Shown here piece by piece: positions 1 through 15,032 of a DNA stretch of 64,000 nt. Position 1 is the stretch's first letter, and each line of letters begins with the position of its first letter. The notes below the pieces were generated by a model. The model was not told the origin of the DNA, ran no database searches, and saw only the letters and a program-made list of their open reading frames with translations. Origin of the DNA: Octopus vulgaris (Eukaryota); contig OX597832.1 of the NCBI GenBank assembly GCA_951406725.2, positions 13,206,001-13,270,000 on the forward strand. Reading direction: 5' to 3'. The position numbers were made by a program, and so were the translations under genes.

Positions 1-1008
1 AGATGGCACTTAGCATTTACGAAATGTTTACACGCTGTCGTCTAATTAGATATCATATTTCTTCCGACAAAATATGAACACAAATAAATAAATTAATATA
101 TAAATATATAAATATATTCAGATACTTCTCTTGCATTGCATGCAATATTAATGATAGGAAAAAATAATTCAATCGAACCAAAATAATTAATCAGTAATTT
201 CTAGAAATAAAGAAAATATCTTTCACACACAAGTGGTTCAAATAAGTACGTAAATCTTCTAAAATAATCAGAATATCGATTTTTATAATATTTAAAATGA
301 AAACTAATTTAGGTTTTTCAAACACGAATTTGTTTTCTTTTTACTTCCCCTAATAACTTCCACGGGAAAATATATAATTGAATTAAAATATATGAGAAGC
401 TAAACAAAATAGAAATGAATAACTCCTAAATACTAAACATTCATGATGACGAATCATTTATAGTTTAGCATTGCTTCGCATTTCTTTTTTTTGTTTCGTA
501 AAAATGTCGTTCAACAGTTTTGCTCAAATTGGCAAAATTTAGTAAAGCTATTGTCTGTATATTTTATAATTTGGTATTGCAGTATTTAAGCAATCTCTCT
601 TGAATAATACAAATACATTCTGAAATAATTATTTGAAACATTTTTAGGTTAAAAGATTGGAAGTATGGAAGCAGAAAGAGAGAGTTATAAACAAAACAAC
701 TTGTTAATGATCTAAGGACGATATAGCTGAAGTACACTATATGATTTAGCAACGGAATATGAGATCTTTTAAATCGCCAGTATTCTTGGCGATGGTGTAC
801 ATATTAGCTATTCAGTCTTCAATTGATATGTATATCATTAAATAGGATTTCTGAAAGCACAACATTGGAAATATTGATTAGGAAAGAATTTCATTATATA
901 CTTCATGCTTGTTAGCGAATTAAAGAATTAAAATGATTGCTGAATCAAATGTCGAGATGAAGAATGAACCTACTCTAATAAAACCATTTATGTTTCACAC
1001 ATGAACAC

Positions 1009-1180
1009 AGGCATAGCTGAGTAGAAACAAGTTTGCTCCCCAAGAGCACTGGTCCAGGATTCCTCCCACTGCGTGGCACCTTACGCAAGTGTCTTCTACT
1101 ATAGATCCAGGTCGACCAATATCTTGGGAGCAGATTTAGATGATAACTGACAGAGGTCGATTGTGTGTGAGTGTGTGTAT
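1009..1180 (+). mobile_element. Degenerate 5' part of family A SINE
   Basis: cccactgcgtggcacctt..caagtgtcttctactatag matches the other family A copies. Confidence 0.75.
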
Positions 1181-1189
1181 ATATAAATA

Positions 1190-1665
1190 TACAACAAGAA
1201 AACAGCTGTTCATGCAGGAATAAAGAATTGTGCCCACTAAATGGAGCTTGCATGTCCAAGACCATCATATATGAAGCTACCGTAGACTCTATAACCACTA
1301 AAGACACCGTTTCGACGAAGAAATACGTGGGCCTTACAGAGGGTAATTTCAAGGCCAGGTTCAATAACCACACTTTGAGCTTTAGGCACCGGAACAAAAG
1401 AAAAGCGACACAATTATCTAATCATATTTGGTCTTAAAGAGATAAAGGTGTCGATTATAACATACATTGGAAGATTTTGGCCAAATGTAAGCCCTATACC
1501 AACGGCAGCGGAAGGTGCGGTCTATGCGACATGGAGAGATGGCTTATCTGGAAAAGCAGCTTAGACCCTACTACATGTCTAAACTCAAGGACAGAACTTT
1601 TCGGATCATGCCCCTATGTGACTAAATTTCTGTTACGTTTTTGGTCCCCTAAAGAAAACAGATAG
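1190..1665 (+). mobile_element. Penelope-like element, C-terminal GIY-YIG endonuclease remnant (one in-frame stop at 1435-1437)
   Basis: One frame reads CSCRNKELCPLNGAC..IIYEATV..KKYVGLTEGNFKARFNNHTLSFRH..TQLSNHIWS*..WKILAKCKPY..RCGLCDMER..LNSRTELFGSCP, the CxC/CPL, IY-YVG, R..H, CxLC and LNxRxE pattern of PLE endonucleases. Confidence 0.92.
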
Positions 1666-1911
1666 AACATGCTTTCTATTTTATGTTCCAAGAAGGATTT
1701 TTACCTCATCATACCTTCTATCATATATTTTTTATATATATTTTATGTATATTTTTTATATAATTTTTATGTATTTTTATAATTTTTTTATGGCGAAAAT
1801 TGCGAGTGAAGATGTGTACGTTTACATAGCGATGTATAAGTACGCAGGCAAGCAGAGTCATAACACAGTAATTTCCCTTTGTATAACGGTATTTTTTCAT
1901 AGCGTTTTAAA

Positions 1912-1987
1912 ATAGCCAGATAACCGAAGAGATGGTGTTGTGGATTCCCACTTCGGCATCTGAAACTCAGAGTTTTATCTTGACTAT
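1912..1987 (+). ncRNA. Minimal type I hammerhead ribozyme (variant core) in the 3' region of the PLE
   Basis: agataa-CCGAAGA-gatg..catc-t-GAAA-ctcagag-tt-ttatct; stems I, II and III pair; core is CCGAAGA rather than CUGANGA. Confidence 0.7.
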
Positions 1988-2022
1988 CGAGTAATGTAAC
2001 ATATTATTTTATATATATATAT

Positions 2023-2102
<80 letters not shown>

Positions 2103-4040
2103 CAAGGTGTTAGTTAAAATGAGTGCTTCCAGTACCGAACATATATTTCACTTGAAAGGGAAATCCATTTTTCAGATTTTGTACTGTTTTGAGTGGAAGT
2201 GTTTTCACATATTTCTTCATATTCACAGTTGTTGTTTAACCTGAAAGGAAGTGTAATTGCGCCGAAGTATAAGAAAACAAATTGTAAATGGCCGTGGCTA
2301 ACCCATCCTATTTATCTTGAATTACAATATTCAAGGTGTCTTTTCTTTTCAAAGATGCTAATTTATCATCCGAGGAAATTTAATAGCTATTAACAGCAAA
2401 CTGAATAACTACACTGAAACTTACTTATTGACTCATAGTGATATTACTCAGGAGAGAAGAGAGATCTAGTTTAAATACCTTGTACTGAAATGACCACAAG
2501 GTTTTGCGATTATCTCAGAAGCCAAGCCGATAGACAACATGATAGTTGTGTATAGATGAATGTATATGTTAAATGAAACAATACAATTATTGGCCATAAG
2601 ATACTTTGCATGTTACAAACAGCTAATGTTAACTTGGTTGACTAATTACCGTTTCAATACAGTCATTTACATTAAATCGAACGGCAGACAAATAACTGAA
2701 TTGCCCAGAGTGTTCCGAAAATCACATGTGTATTGAAGTAAAAGTTGCAAATAGACATAGCTTCAGAATTTTATTGAATCGCCTGTGGAAATCGTTACAA
2801 AGGAAGTGGAAGAATTTAATTAAAGCGATTTCTCATAGTTGGAGCTGTTTATACATTGGTCTACGTTCACTGACGTTTATGTATTCTGACGAATAAAATG
2901 AAATTCTATTTTGCACTATTTGCCTGTGGTCAGTTGCAAATATATGCATTATTTTACCACTCTTTAGTAGATGGAGATGATATCAAACGTCACAAAATAA
3001 GTTGTGTCCTTGTTATCCCAAGGACACACCCGATCCTGATATATTACGAAAGGCGTTCTAACTATAACCATTATACTTTTCTCCAACGATTACATTATTT
3101 AACGTTCCTTATTTTTGAGAAAGTAGGGTATAATCTATATAATCTGTAAGTAGTCATCGGAGCGAACTCGTACAAGGCTCCTTACTTTGATCTGTTGATA
3201 TTCGTCATAATTAGCAGGTAGATAAAAATATGTTTAATAGTTTTATACCGAAAAGCTATGCAACATAAATCATATTCTGTGTGAACTCTCTCTGTTGGAA
3301 GCATTATTTTCATATTGATTAAAGGGTAGGGTACTAACTGCAACAAAGCATCTATTATTCTATTGTTTTATCGTTGTTTATCATCCGATCAGCCCTGATC
3401 GAACCGATCTTTGATCAAAGGTATTACAACGGCGATCATCCCGCTTCTTTGATATGAGAGCGTACGAAGCTCCGCGTTAACAAATGTGTGACGTAAAAGA
3501 TATTCGACTGCAATTTCTTCCAGATACAATGACTATATTTTGGACCCATCAATGCTATCGATGCTTGGTTGCTACCAATAATGTGAATCACGTTCATTTG
3601 ACATTACACACCATTCCATTTCACACACAATCTCAACGTAGTTTCAGCTAGTTTGCAGAATGAATCTAGAAAATATACATGTGTCTATGGCACAAGATAA
3701 ATTCCTCTTATTTTCAGATATCTGATGACATATTTCTATAAGTTATCTACACAGCCTACTCGTCTCTATATTATTAATGCCTAATGCATTTCATAACTTA
3801 GAAGTTCCGGTTCTCTCCCCCGTATATAATATAGTGACTTCCCTTAATTAGTCAGAGGAGCGATATTGTGAGAACTCAGCTCTAATAGATTTAAATGTAT
3901 ATTTCGCTGTTGCCGACATGTACATCAATAACTTCGTTCACCATCACATAAGTGTTTAATCAATACAAATGCTAGAATACTACTTATACACAGCTTCAAG
4001 CCAATAAAATATATCAATTTGTATCAGTATTGATCAAAGT

Positions 4041-4260
4041 AAGGCGACAAGCTGGCAGTATCGTTACCGCAACGGAAAAAAATGATTAACGCCATTTATT
4101 CCCGTCCTTTTCCTTCTCAGGTCAAGTGCTGCCGCGGTCGTTTTCGCCTTTCATTCTTTCGAGGCCCTATCAGTGAAGTATCAGTTGAATGCTGGGGTTG
4201 ATATAATTGGCTTCTTTTTTCCCCCATAATTTCAGACCTAGTTCCTTTATCAGAAAGTAA
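4041..4260 (+). mobile_element. Degenerate CORE-type SINE (family B)
   Basis: aaggcgacaagctggcag head and gcctttcattctttcg CORE-like block. Confidence 0.7.
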
Positions 4261-4307
4261 AATGTAGTGTTGTAACATAAGTATTAGGACATAGGGTTAG
4301 ATATATA

Positions 4308-4363
<56 letters not shown>

Positions 4364-4466
4364 CCAAGTCTCATTCGGAAGAATTTTGTTTTGTAGATAT
4401 GGAGCTGTGTAGATATGGAGTTGTATGTTCGTCTTCTTCCTTGTGAATTTGACTATATTATATGAT

Positions 4467-4948
<482 letters not shown>

Positions 4949-5584
4949 AGAAATTTTATCTGAAATCGTGTTATGTGAACAACCTTTTACATTTAGGAAG
5001 AATCATAATTGCTAAAATCTAAAAAAGAAGAAAAAAGGCTTAGTGGACACATAAACAAATATCAAATGATTTAAAAAAGAAAAAAAAGTATAGATATTCA
5101 TCTACTAGTATGTTTGTAAGGATTAGCAATTATGAACGAAATTAGCCTCGAAGAATGAAGATGTTTGTCAGATGGACTTTATCCATTGTTGAGAGATACA
5201 ATCATGGGTTGAAATTTTAATAGACACTGTACCTGCAGTCTTTTTTAGCAATTTACAATTAGAGTTTGACAATATAACAATCGTTCCCTCTATCTTTCAG
5301 AACTCGAGGAGAATCTGCGCAAAATGCCCTTGATGGATATCCCTGGCTCAACTTACGTTTGTCCGTCTCCAGTTTCCCTCTGTAAATAAATTCATACATA
5401 CATATATATATATATACATACATACATACAAATATATTTAAATGGTATATTTCATCAGCATATACTAATAGACTATTTGCAACTACGTCACTTCGGGTTC
5501 GGCAGGCCTGTATGCAACGTTGGGCAAGTCTCTCCTACTACAGTCCTGGGCTATATATATATATATATATATATAAACACACAT

Positions 5585-5880
5585 CGCTAAGGGGCGTGCA
5601 TTAGTGGCTAGGGTATTCGCTTTACGGTCATGAGTTAGATTCCCGGAGGCGTGTTGTATATTTGAACAATACGCTTTATTTTACATTGCTCCAATCCACT
5701 CAGCTAGTGAAAATGAGTCCCTCCGCAACAGCATGTCACACTGAATCTCCCTGAGAACTACGTTAACTCATACTTGTCTGTAGATTGCTTAGCAACTGAT
5801 ATCTTAATTTAACGAATAGGCTGTTCTGTTGATCAGATCCACTACAACCATCGTCGTCGTAACCGACGGAGAGCCAATTG
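5585..5880 (+). mobile_element. Degenerate tRNA-derived SINE family C
   Basis: cacactgaatctccctgagaactacgttaa..gtcgtcgtaaccgacggag shared with the copy at 15763-16135. Confidence 0.75.
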
Positions 5881-6778
5881 TGTACACCCACACAAACACA
5901 CACACATATATGTATGTCTATATACTGCTATAATACCCTTAGTGGCGACTTGGTAATGGACCCGTTCAGTTAACGTGTCCATTCATAAACATAGACTCAC
6001 ACAAGTAGCTATATTCTTCTCTGTACAAATATGCGTATATGTTTTATAAATATATATTTTTTAAATTATTGAGTAATGCCACGAAACATTAGTTAGGTAT
6101 ATCTGTCACCGTCCTCATAAAACACAAGTAATATAAATTAGTCTATGAGATAGTCGAGCACATAATTTGCATTATATTTTGTAATTAAACTAAAATTTGT
6201 TTTCATTTAGTCGTTAATTAAATCCAGATACAGAGAGAAAAAAACCGATACCTTTAAAGCAAACAGCGTTACAGGAAAATGTAATTAACAATACAGTCTA
6301 ACTAATGATGCTATAACATTGAGATCAAATATTACATTGCTATATGACTGCTTTGAACGTTGATTAAAAAACACTGTACAGAGTATTTGATTGATGTTAT
6401 TTATTTTCTCTATTTGTATACATAAAATAATACTATTGTAAAACGGCTGAACACACAGAAGAGTTAAAACATTTTTCATTTCCAAGAGCTATTGTGCTTT
6501 ATAACTTGCTGTTACAGTAAATCCCTGAGCTGATGGCGATCTCAAATTCTTCCTGCGCTATATGAAAAGCTTATTATTTCCATAAAGCCTTGCTTATTGT
6601 TTTTGCATTTTGACACACCTCTAAATGCAGATGCATGGAACCTGAGATCATACGTCGTTATGGTTTCATTGTAGTATTGTAACGACGGTTGCCTCTAAAT
6701 ATATGTCCAGTGTTTCAGAGAAGTATTTTATTCATGTAGTGTAGATGTAGAAGTGCTATTTCTCTCCAAATAATTTTA

Positions 6779-6780
6779 TG

Positions 6781-6836
<56 letters not shown>

Positions 6837-7088
6837 TACTACTACTACTACTACTACTGCTACTTCTACTGCTGCTGCTGCTACTACTACCACTTCTACT
6901 GTTGCTGCTGCTACTACTACTACTACTACTACTACTGCTGCTGCTACTTCTACTACTGCTGCTGCTACTACTACTACTACTACTACTACTACTGCTACTA
7001 CTACTACTACTACTACTACTACTTACTGCTGCCACTACTACTATTGATGCTGCTGCTGCTACTACTACTACTACTGCTGCTGCTGCCG

Positions 7089-7148
<60 letters not shown>

Positions 7149-7150
7149 GA
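6779..7150. repeat. (ACT)n/(GCT)n trinucleotide microsatellite
   Basis: Direct reading. Confidence 0.97.
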
Positions 7151-7581
7151 TACTGTTGCAGTTGTTGCAGATGCTTCTATGATAATTGTTCTAATCTAAG
7201 CTGAATTGGCTGGAAATGTGTTTATCTGAATACATGCTAAACCGATTGAAATTTACGAGGTCTTTCTTAATAAAATTTAAATATGAGTCACATAGCAGAG
7301 AAAAGAGAAGCGTGATGCAAGTACGTGACCAGAATAATTGTTTGCATCGAAGAACGTGAGACGAGAAAAGTAATTTAAATGTGCCTCAGAAAAGAGGGAG
7401 AGGATTTTCGGTGCTTATTTACCATGTGTTCCATTGTAGTATTCGTGGTATACGCTGTGAAATGATCTAATCTGGGTTAAACTTACGATGAAAAGTTATG
7501 TTTTCCGAAGCAACCCTTGTCCGATCAATTACATTCCAAGAAATAATAAAGATAAGATTTCATCCACCATTTTTTGCGCTA

Positions 7582-7730
7582 TTAGGATGAGGATTAAGAA
7601 GGGGATTAGAATTAAGATTAGTGTTAGGATTGAAATTAGGCTATAAGAGTAATGTTTAGGGCTGTCGGTTAGGGTTAAGGTTAAGGTTAAGTTTAAGGTT
7701 TAGGATTATGGTGTGTATTATGGCTAGGAC
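7582..7730 (+). repeat. Degenerate TTAGGG-like hexamer tract
   Basis: ttaggatgaggattaag..ttagggctgtcggttagggttaaggttaaggttaagtttaaggtttagg. Confidence 0.6.
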
Positions 7731-8018
7731 AAGACTGCACGCAAAGATAGCACTAGATTTACGATTTGTTGCGCTAGATCATTTGAAGGAAATCCTGACT
7801 AATATTTAGAAATATGCGAATTTCATTGAACGACTAATGTTACAAATATCGGGTGGATTTTCAAAAACCTGGCAAATTGGTGCCGGTTCGAATAGTAAAA
7901 TATTGTGCTGCAAATCGCAATCATGCTCATGAACTGTGAAGTTGCATTTTGAAATTTATGTCATATTTGCGGTAAAATAGAAACAGTATTGTGTACGGAA
8001 GTAAAAATATATATATGA

Positions 8019-8531
8019 CTAGCAGTATCGCCCGGCGTTGCTCGGGTTTGTAAGGGAAATAACTATATAAGCATTTTTAGAGAGTTACTTCCCTTATAGA
8101 TGTCAATTCGGGCTTTCCTAGCCATTTCTGTTTTGGTGTCTTCAAGCCATGAAGTCGTTGTTCTAAAAGAACGCTGGTCTCCTTGACAACGCTTTACGAC
8201 GTTGATTTCCTTACACTCCCTTCCCCACAGCTTCACGAGTGAGGGAAGAAGGGGGAGAAGCAAACAGGTGCAGATGTGAGCGTGGACGCCAACTCCGCCG
8301 CCATCGACACACGAAAAATTATGCATTAAAATGGAATAAAAAATGATGTTAAATTATTTTTAAAATCGTAGACTCATCGTAGACGCGCGCTAATACTCAG
8401 ACGGGCTCGATATGTATCACGACTATAAGATACCCGAATTTGGTTAAACTGCACCGCAAAATGTGGGAGTAATTAGGAATCTAAATCGAAGGGGACAGAC
8501 ACTCACACAACTACAGTTTTATATATATAGA
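8019..8531 (-). mobile_element. Non-autonomous Helitron
   Basis: Minus strand starts A|TC and ends with the cccgagcaacgccggg hairpin followed by CTAG|T; no TSD. Confidence 0.8.
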
Positions 8532-9527
8532 TATAAGGTCAGGTGGCGTACGCATGAATATAAAACTCCTTGTAATCTCGGAAAACTGTAAACAAATTTT
8601 ACTCATGTACCCTGTTGTGGGTTTGTAAGTAATGGCATTAGGATAGCGGTGCATTAAAGGACTAGATAACAGGATGAAGAGAGGAGTAAAGAAATTAGTG
8701 GAGGAAAATATTAGTGAAAAGCAGTAGATGCAATAAGAATAACATCAAATAAGATGTGTTGCCCGACCATCACATTCCGAAGAAATATTAGAGATCTGAT
8801 TTCATTGATTCATGTTTTGCACTATATACAAGGTTTATTCCAGCGATATATGTTCCGAGTTTTGACCATGCTGGAGTCACCTTCAACATTATTATCTCCA
8901 AAGTTAATAAAACAAGGTACCATATTTGAGATTGATAGAATAAATAGTAGACATAAAAATAATTACTGTGGTCAATTTGCTGGATTGAATCTTTCAAGGT
9001 CGCACACCAGCATGACCGTAGTCCAATAAGTGAAGCAAGTAAAAATTAAGAGATGTAATAAATGATATTCTGTATAATATTATAATATTATATTAGTTAT
9101 AATATGGGAAATAGTACATCGTTTATTTTTTTTAAATAAGGAAGCTGCAAGTAATACAAAAAAGCTATATCCTGCGAAACTTCTTTCATATGCAAAATGT
9201 TTAGATGGAAGATGTTAAAAGGATATTGACGCGATCGCAAAGTTTAAAATTCGAAGTATTTTTTCTCGTATCACTAATATAATAATATGTCTCTCCGTAT
9301 GTAGGTTGTTGTTTGTCTAGACTTTCTTTAGTGAGCTTAATTACTGTGAAAGAAGTAAGAAGATGAGTCTCAGTAGATGCAAGAACTTCATGTCATTTAA
9401 TTCTTTTCAATATGCTTTTGATCAAGAAGTACCAGTGACTTTCAAAGGTCATGTGTCACATTAGAAGCACATTGAAAATCAGTAAATGCTCCTACAGTAA
9501 TAGTTTGAACGTGAAGAAACTTCAGAC

Positions 9528-9800
9528 AGGCGTGGCTGTGCAGTAAGTTTGCCTCCAACCACATGGTTGGGGGCAAACACTTTGGTTAAGTGGCTTCCTG
9601 CTATTGCGTTACACCTTGGGATAAATGTCTTCTTCTATGGCCTTCGTCAGACCATCTCCTTTTGAGTAGATATGGATGACGGAAGCTGAAAGAAACCTGT
9701 GGTATATTTATCTATATAAGTCTCGTTGTTTGTGTACTTGTCTCCATGCTGAGTGTTGACAACCGTTGTTGGTGTGTTCATGTCCCTGTAACCTAGACCT
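9528..9800 (+). mobile_element. Degenerate family A SINE
   Basis: aggcgtggctgtg head, gacggaagctgaaagaa and ttgacaaccg..ggtgtgtt blocks. Confidence 0.7.
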
Positions 9801-9952
9801 GCCCCAGCATAGCTGCAATGCAATGAATGATAAAAAGGAAATATAAAAAATATAGCTACTACCAAAATTATATTTTGTTTTATCTTGATAAAAGCATAAA
9901 TATTACAATAGTGCAACAACTATAGCATCATAAACGTTGTTTCTGATGATAT

Positions 9953-10697
9953 TGCGGTGAGCTGGTAGAAACGTTAGCACGCCTGTCGAAATGCTTACTG
10001 GTATTTCGCCCGCCGTTACGCTTTAAGTTCAAATTCCACCGAGGTCAACTTTGCCTGTCATCCTTTCGGACGATAAATTAAGTACCAGTTACACGCTGGG
10101 GTCGATGTAATCGACTTAATCCGTTTGTCTGTTCTAGTTTGTCCCCTCTATGTTTAGCCCCTTGTGGGTAGTAAAGAAATAGGTATTTCATCTGCCGCTA
10201 CGTTCTGAGTTCAAATTCCGCCGAGGTCATCTTTGCCTTTCATCCTTTCGGGGTCGATAAATTAAGTACCAATTACGCACTGGGGTCGATGTAACCGACT
10301 TAATCCCTTTGTCTGTCCTAGTTTGTTCCTCTATGTTTAGGCCCTTGTGGGTAGTAAAAAAAAAAGGTATTTCGTCTGCCGCTACGTTCTGAGTTCAAAT
10401 TCCGCCGAGGTCAACTTTGCCTTTCATCCTTTCGGGGTCGATAAATTAAGTGCCAGTTACGCACTGGGGTCGATGTAATCAACTTAATCCCTTTGTCTGT
10501 CCTTGTTCGTCCTCTCTGTGTTTAGCCCCTTGTGGGTAGTAAAGAAATGGATATTTCGTCTGTCCTTCACCCTTTCGGGGTCGATAAATTAAGTAGCAGT
10601 TACGAATAGGAGTCGATGTAATCGATTTAATCCCTTTGTCTGTTCTTTTTTCTCCCCTCTATGTTTAGCCCCTTGTGAGCAATAAAGAAATAAGAAA
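9953..10697 (+). mobile_element. CORE-type SINE (family B) with about 4 tandem ~180 bp body/tail units
   Basis: Repeated gtatttcgtctgcc..gagttcaaattcc..gcctttcatcctttcggggtcgataaattaagtacc..gtttagccccttgtgggtagtaaagaaat. Confidence 0.9.
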
Positions 10698-11484
10698 CGT
10701 TGTTACTGCTCATAACGATAGAATCCTTATCTACAACAATACTCACATAAAAGATGTTCAGGTAAGATATAATACAAATGATAAGCTTTATTGTTGTTGC
10801 CTTTGGCGATGATGTTGTTGTTTGCCCTCATGCTAGTTCTGATTGATCAGGTATGGAATGACACTTGCCATATCCTTGTGTAATTCACAATTTTATTTCA
10901 GGAAGATTGTATCAAAGAAAACAGCATATAAAACATATTTCTATCTTCTTAAAATGACAAGACACGAGGGAAATAAAGCTTCAACTGCTATATTTATATC
11001 AATTTACGTATCAAGAAATATCCCGTGTGCACAACTGTATCGATTTATATATTCAAAACAATTTACTTATAATTAGATAGCTAATGACCCAATTTACAAA
11101 GAACAGAATGATTTTACAATTCTTATAGATTTAGCGTTTAATATATAATATACCAAATCATATAAAAATATTGATGCTCTTTAGCTCCAAATCAGATCTG
11201 ATTGAAGAGGTCGATGCTCAAATCGTTCCCATTTATGCCATCGTGTTCATTATCAACAAACGTTTAAGGTTGCGTTATTCGATGTCTTTTTGTTTCTTGT
11301 TTTTTTTTTTTTTTTTTTTTTTTACGTTTTAATGCTGAGTGGGATTTAATTTTAGGTATACTACCTGCTATTGCGACCAAGCTGAATGATTATGCTGAAG
11401 TGTTTTCTTGGCTCGAATTATAATATATGATAGAAAGATATAAAACTGGTGATTATGCTACAAGGAGAAAGTGAGAATGAAGTT

Positions 11485-11752
11485 AGGAAAGAAGAAGGAG
11501 GAGGAGGAGGAAGTGGAGGACAAAGAAGTAGGAGGAGGACAAATAAGGAGGAGGATCAGGGGAGGAAGAAAAAGAAGGAGGAGGAAGAGATGAAAAAGAG
11601 GAGATAGAAGAAGAAAACAAGAAGAGAAGAAGAAGAAGAAGAAGAGGAGGAGGAGGAGGAAGAAGAAGAAGAAGAAGAAGAAGAAGAAGAAGAAGAAGAA
11701 GAAGAAGAAGAAGAAGAAGAAGAAGAAGAAGAAGAAGAAGAAGAAGAAGGAG
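11485..11752. repeat. (GAA)n/(GGA)n purine tract
   Basis: Direct reading. Confidence 0.95.
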
Positions 11753-12640
11753 ATGACTTTCTGAACGTTCAAAGGCCCAACAGTATAAATGTAACTTCCT
11801 CAAAAATAGTAGAATAAGTTTAAAAAAAAGATGCATCACTAAAATCATATTTTTGAACGACAACGACAATAAAATATACGTGTAAGTGAATGGACCGCCT
11901 GTATGGCTTCACTGGTTTGCGTTTTCAAACGACCACATGGTGAAGAATTTCAAGGTCAGCAGTGTGTAATCAACGACCAATTTTGAAATACTGGATACCA
12001 AGAAAAGAAGAATATTCTACTCATACAGAATGCGTTACAAGTTGGCAGATGTCGCTAGAATATGACTATTAACAGCGCTCGGAGAGCGAGCCCTAGTGCT
12101 ACTCGAAATGATCTCCAAATGTATGATCGTTAGTGGTATAGAAATTGACAGAATTGGGGGCTTTGAAATTAAATAAACACATGAATATTAGCTAACAGTA
12201 ACAAATGACTTACTACTCTGAAAGGAGCTACGGAAAAAAAAAGAGTAGAAGTGAAAGCATATCTTGAAAATACATTTAGATAATCTATAACGCGATAACT
12301 ACCCTCCAAATAACTGAAGGGTCAGATGTTGATCAACCGCGAACACAGCCCTAACTGAATAGAATATTGTTGGTTACAATGCAGGCGTATGTCTGTAAGC
12401 TCCTCTTACCTTTCTGCTTTGAGTGGAAGCCTTATTCACGTATCCAACTTCTGGAAAAATACGTTGAAGTCTAAATCACACTGGATGAACAAGGATGAAA
12501 ACATATGAAGGTGAACACATATCATCGGATCGACAGCATGCGACTGCAGGTTTAGGGGTAACTTGGACACACTACTTGACTTTCGCATAATTGTATGTCT
12601 GATGTAATCCCTAAGGTTTGTTGTACATAGATTACTTTTC

Positions 12641-12807
12641 AGTGTGGTAAGTAGCTTGCTTACCAACCACATGGTTCCGGGTTCAGTCACACTGCGTGGC
12701 ACCTTGGGCAAGTGTCTTCTACTATAGACTCGGGCCGACCAAATCCTTGTGAGTGGATTTAGTAAAGCGGAAACTGAAAGATGCCCGTCGTATATATGTA
12801 TATATAT

Positions 12808-12839
<32 letters not shown>

Positions 12840-13068
12840 GTATATGTTTGTGTGTCTGTGTTTGCACCCCACCCACATCGCTTGACAACCGATGTTGGTG
12901 TGTTTACGTCCCCTAACTTAGCCGTTCGGCAAAAGAGACCGATAGAATAAGTAATAGCCTTACAAAGAATAAGTCCTGGGGCCGTTTTGCCCGGCTAAAG
13001 GCAGTGCTCCAGCATGGCCACAGTCAAATGACTGAAACAAGTAAAAGAGTAAAAAAAAATAAAAGAGT
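12641..13068 (+). mobile_element. Family A SINE
   Basis: gtgtggtaagtagcttgcttaccaaccacatggttccgggttcagtc..atgactgaaacaagtaaaagagt. Confidence 0.92.
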
Positions 13069-13849
13069 AACAAAGCGACCATTTCACCAAAATAAACCAA
13101 TTCGACTAGTCTCAGCTTTCTGCTAGTGCCGTAGACATCTGTCAATTAGATAACCAAAAAAAAAAATCTATACTAAAAATGATATGGTTTCTTAGATTTA
13201 TTTACAGACACACCGTTCGAGAGATATCCCTCGTAAAAACATTTCAGTTGAATTTTTATTAACCATATTTATATTTATATCTATTCAGTTCGTAATCGGA
13301 TGTCAGCGCTGAAATTATTTATTGTTGAGCGTCATCACGAGGTGGGTGATCTACACTAAACAAGACATAAAACGTGCTTTCAAGCTGTGATTAATCTGTT
13401 TTTATTTTTGCTGACATACTATATCTCTAAAATCAGTATGCGTTGTGTCTTTCTAGTGTATGAAAAAGTTCTGTTGTTTCTAGCAGGTCGAGCGAAAACA
13501 TAGATGTTATTTTATTAGCAAAAACTTAATCGTTGGCTCCATATTTTAAACAGAAAACGACGAAACTGCCGCGCGGTTCTTGATGTGGATGAAGATGAGA
13601 ATGATGAGTGTAATGATGATAATGAGGAAGACAACGATTATGATGATGATAACGATGATAACGATGAGAATAAGAATGAAGAAATCTAATCTATAAAGAA
13701 GCCTTGAACATCACGTCTATATAGAGTTACTGAGACACTGAAGACTATAATATTGAAACCTTATATATACATTTTTTTTATTGAAGTTGATACGTTAGTT
13801 ACCGATTTCTCATTATCAAACAATATTAAGCAGTCAATCGAAATATATA

Positions 13850-13927
<78 letters not shown>

Positions 13928-13960
13928 AATCTCTAGTTATGTTTAGATGGTAAATATACT

Positions 13961-13998
<38 letters not shown>

Positions 13999-14020
13999 TC
14001 TAGATATGTTTAGATGGTAA

Positions 14021-14113
<93 letters not shown>

Positions 14114-14512
14114 CGCTTGTATGTACGGGTTTTTCTTTTATTGTAGCTTTTCTCTATTTTGTTCACCTATTCCGAAGAGTGCGTGAAGAAGGGAATAACA
14201 TTAACTTTTTAAAGTAGACGACTCATACATTTTCCTATACATTAAATTAAGACAAGGTAACGAAACATTGTTTTGACAAATAGATAGTAAGTTTCAGCCT
14301 CATGAGACGTAACGATTATTTTCATTGAGTTTCTAATAGAATGAGTTCGAAAGATTTATTGATGAAGCAGTTTAAGAAATCATCTGACTGTTTGGGTGAT
14401 TTGGTTATTTTCACTCATTATTAATTATCAGCTGTTAAGTTTCTGTCAGCATCGCCTATCTCTTCTTCATAATGTTGTATTAAGCTATCATTTTTTAAGA
14501 AAGTCACCACAA

Positions 14513-15032
<520 letters not shown>

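Noticed and set aside
2101-3150. Protein-like plus-strand frames (also 58920-59800)
   Set aside because: Stop density is not clearly below chance and no motifs were found; worth including in the fossil-virus HMM screen
9953-10697. CRISPR-like array
   Set aside because: Eukaryotic SINE multimer without unique spacers
13540-13690. RKRR plus acidic tail ORF
   Set aside because: Explained by a degenerate (GAT)n repeat; a stop lies just upstream
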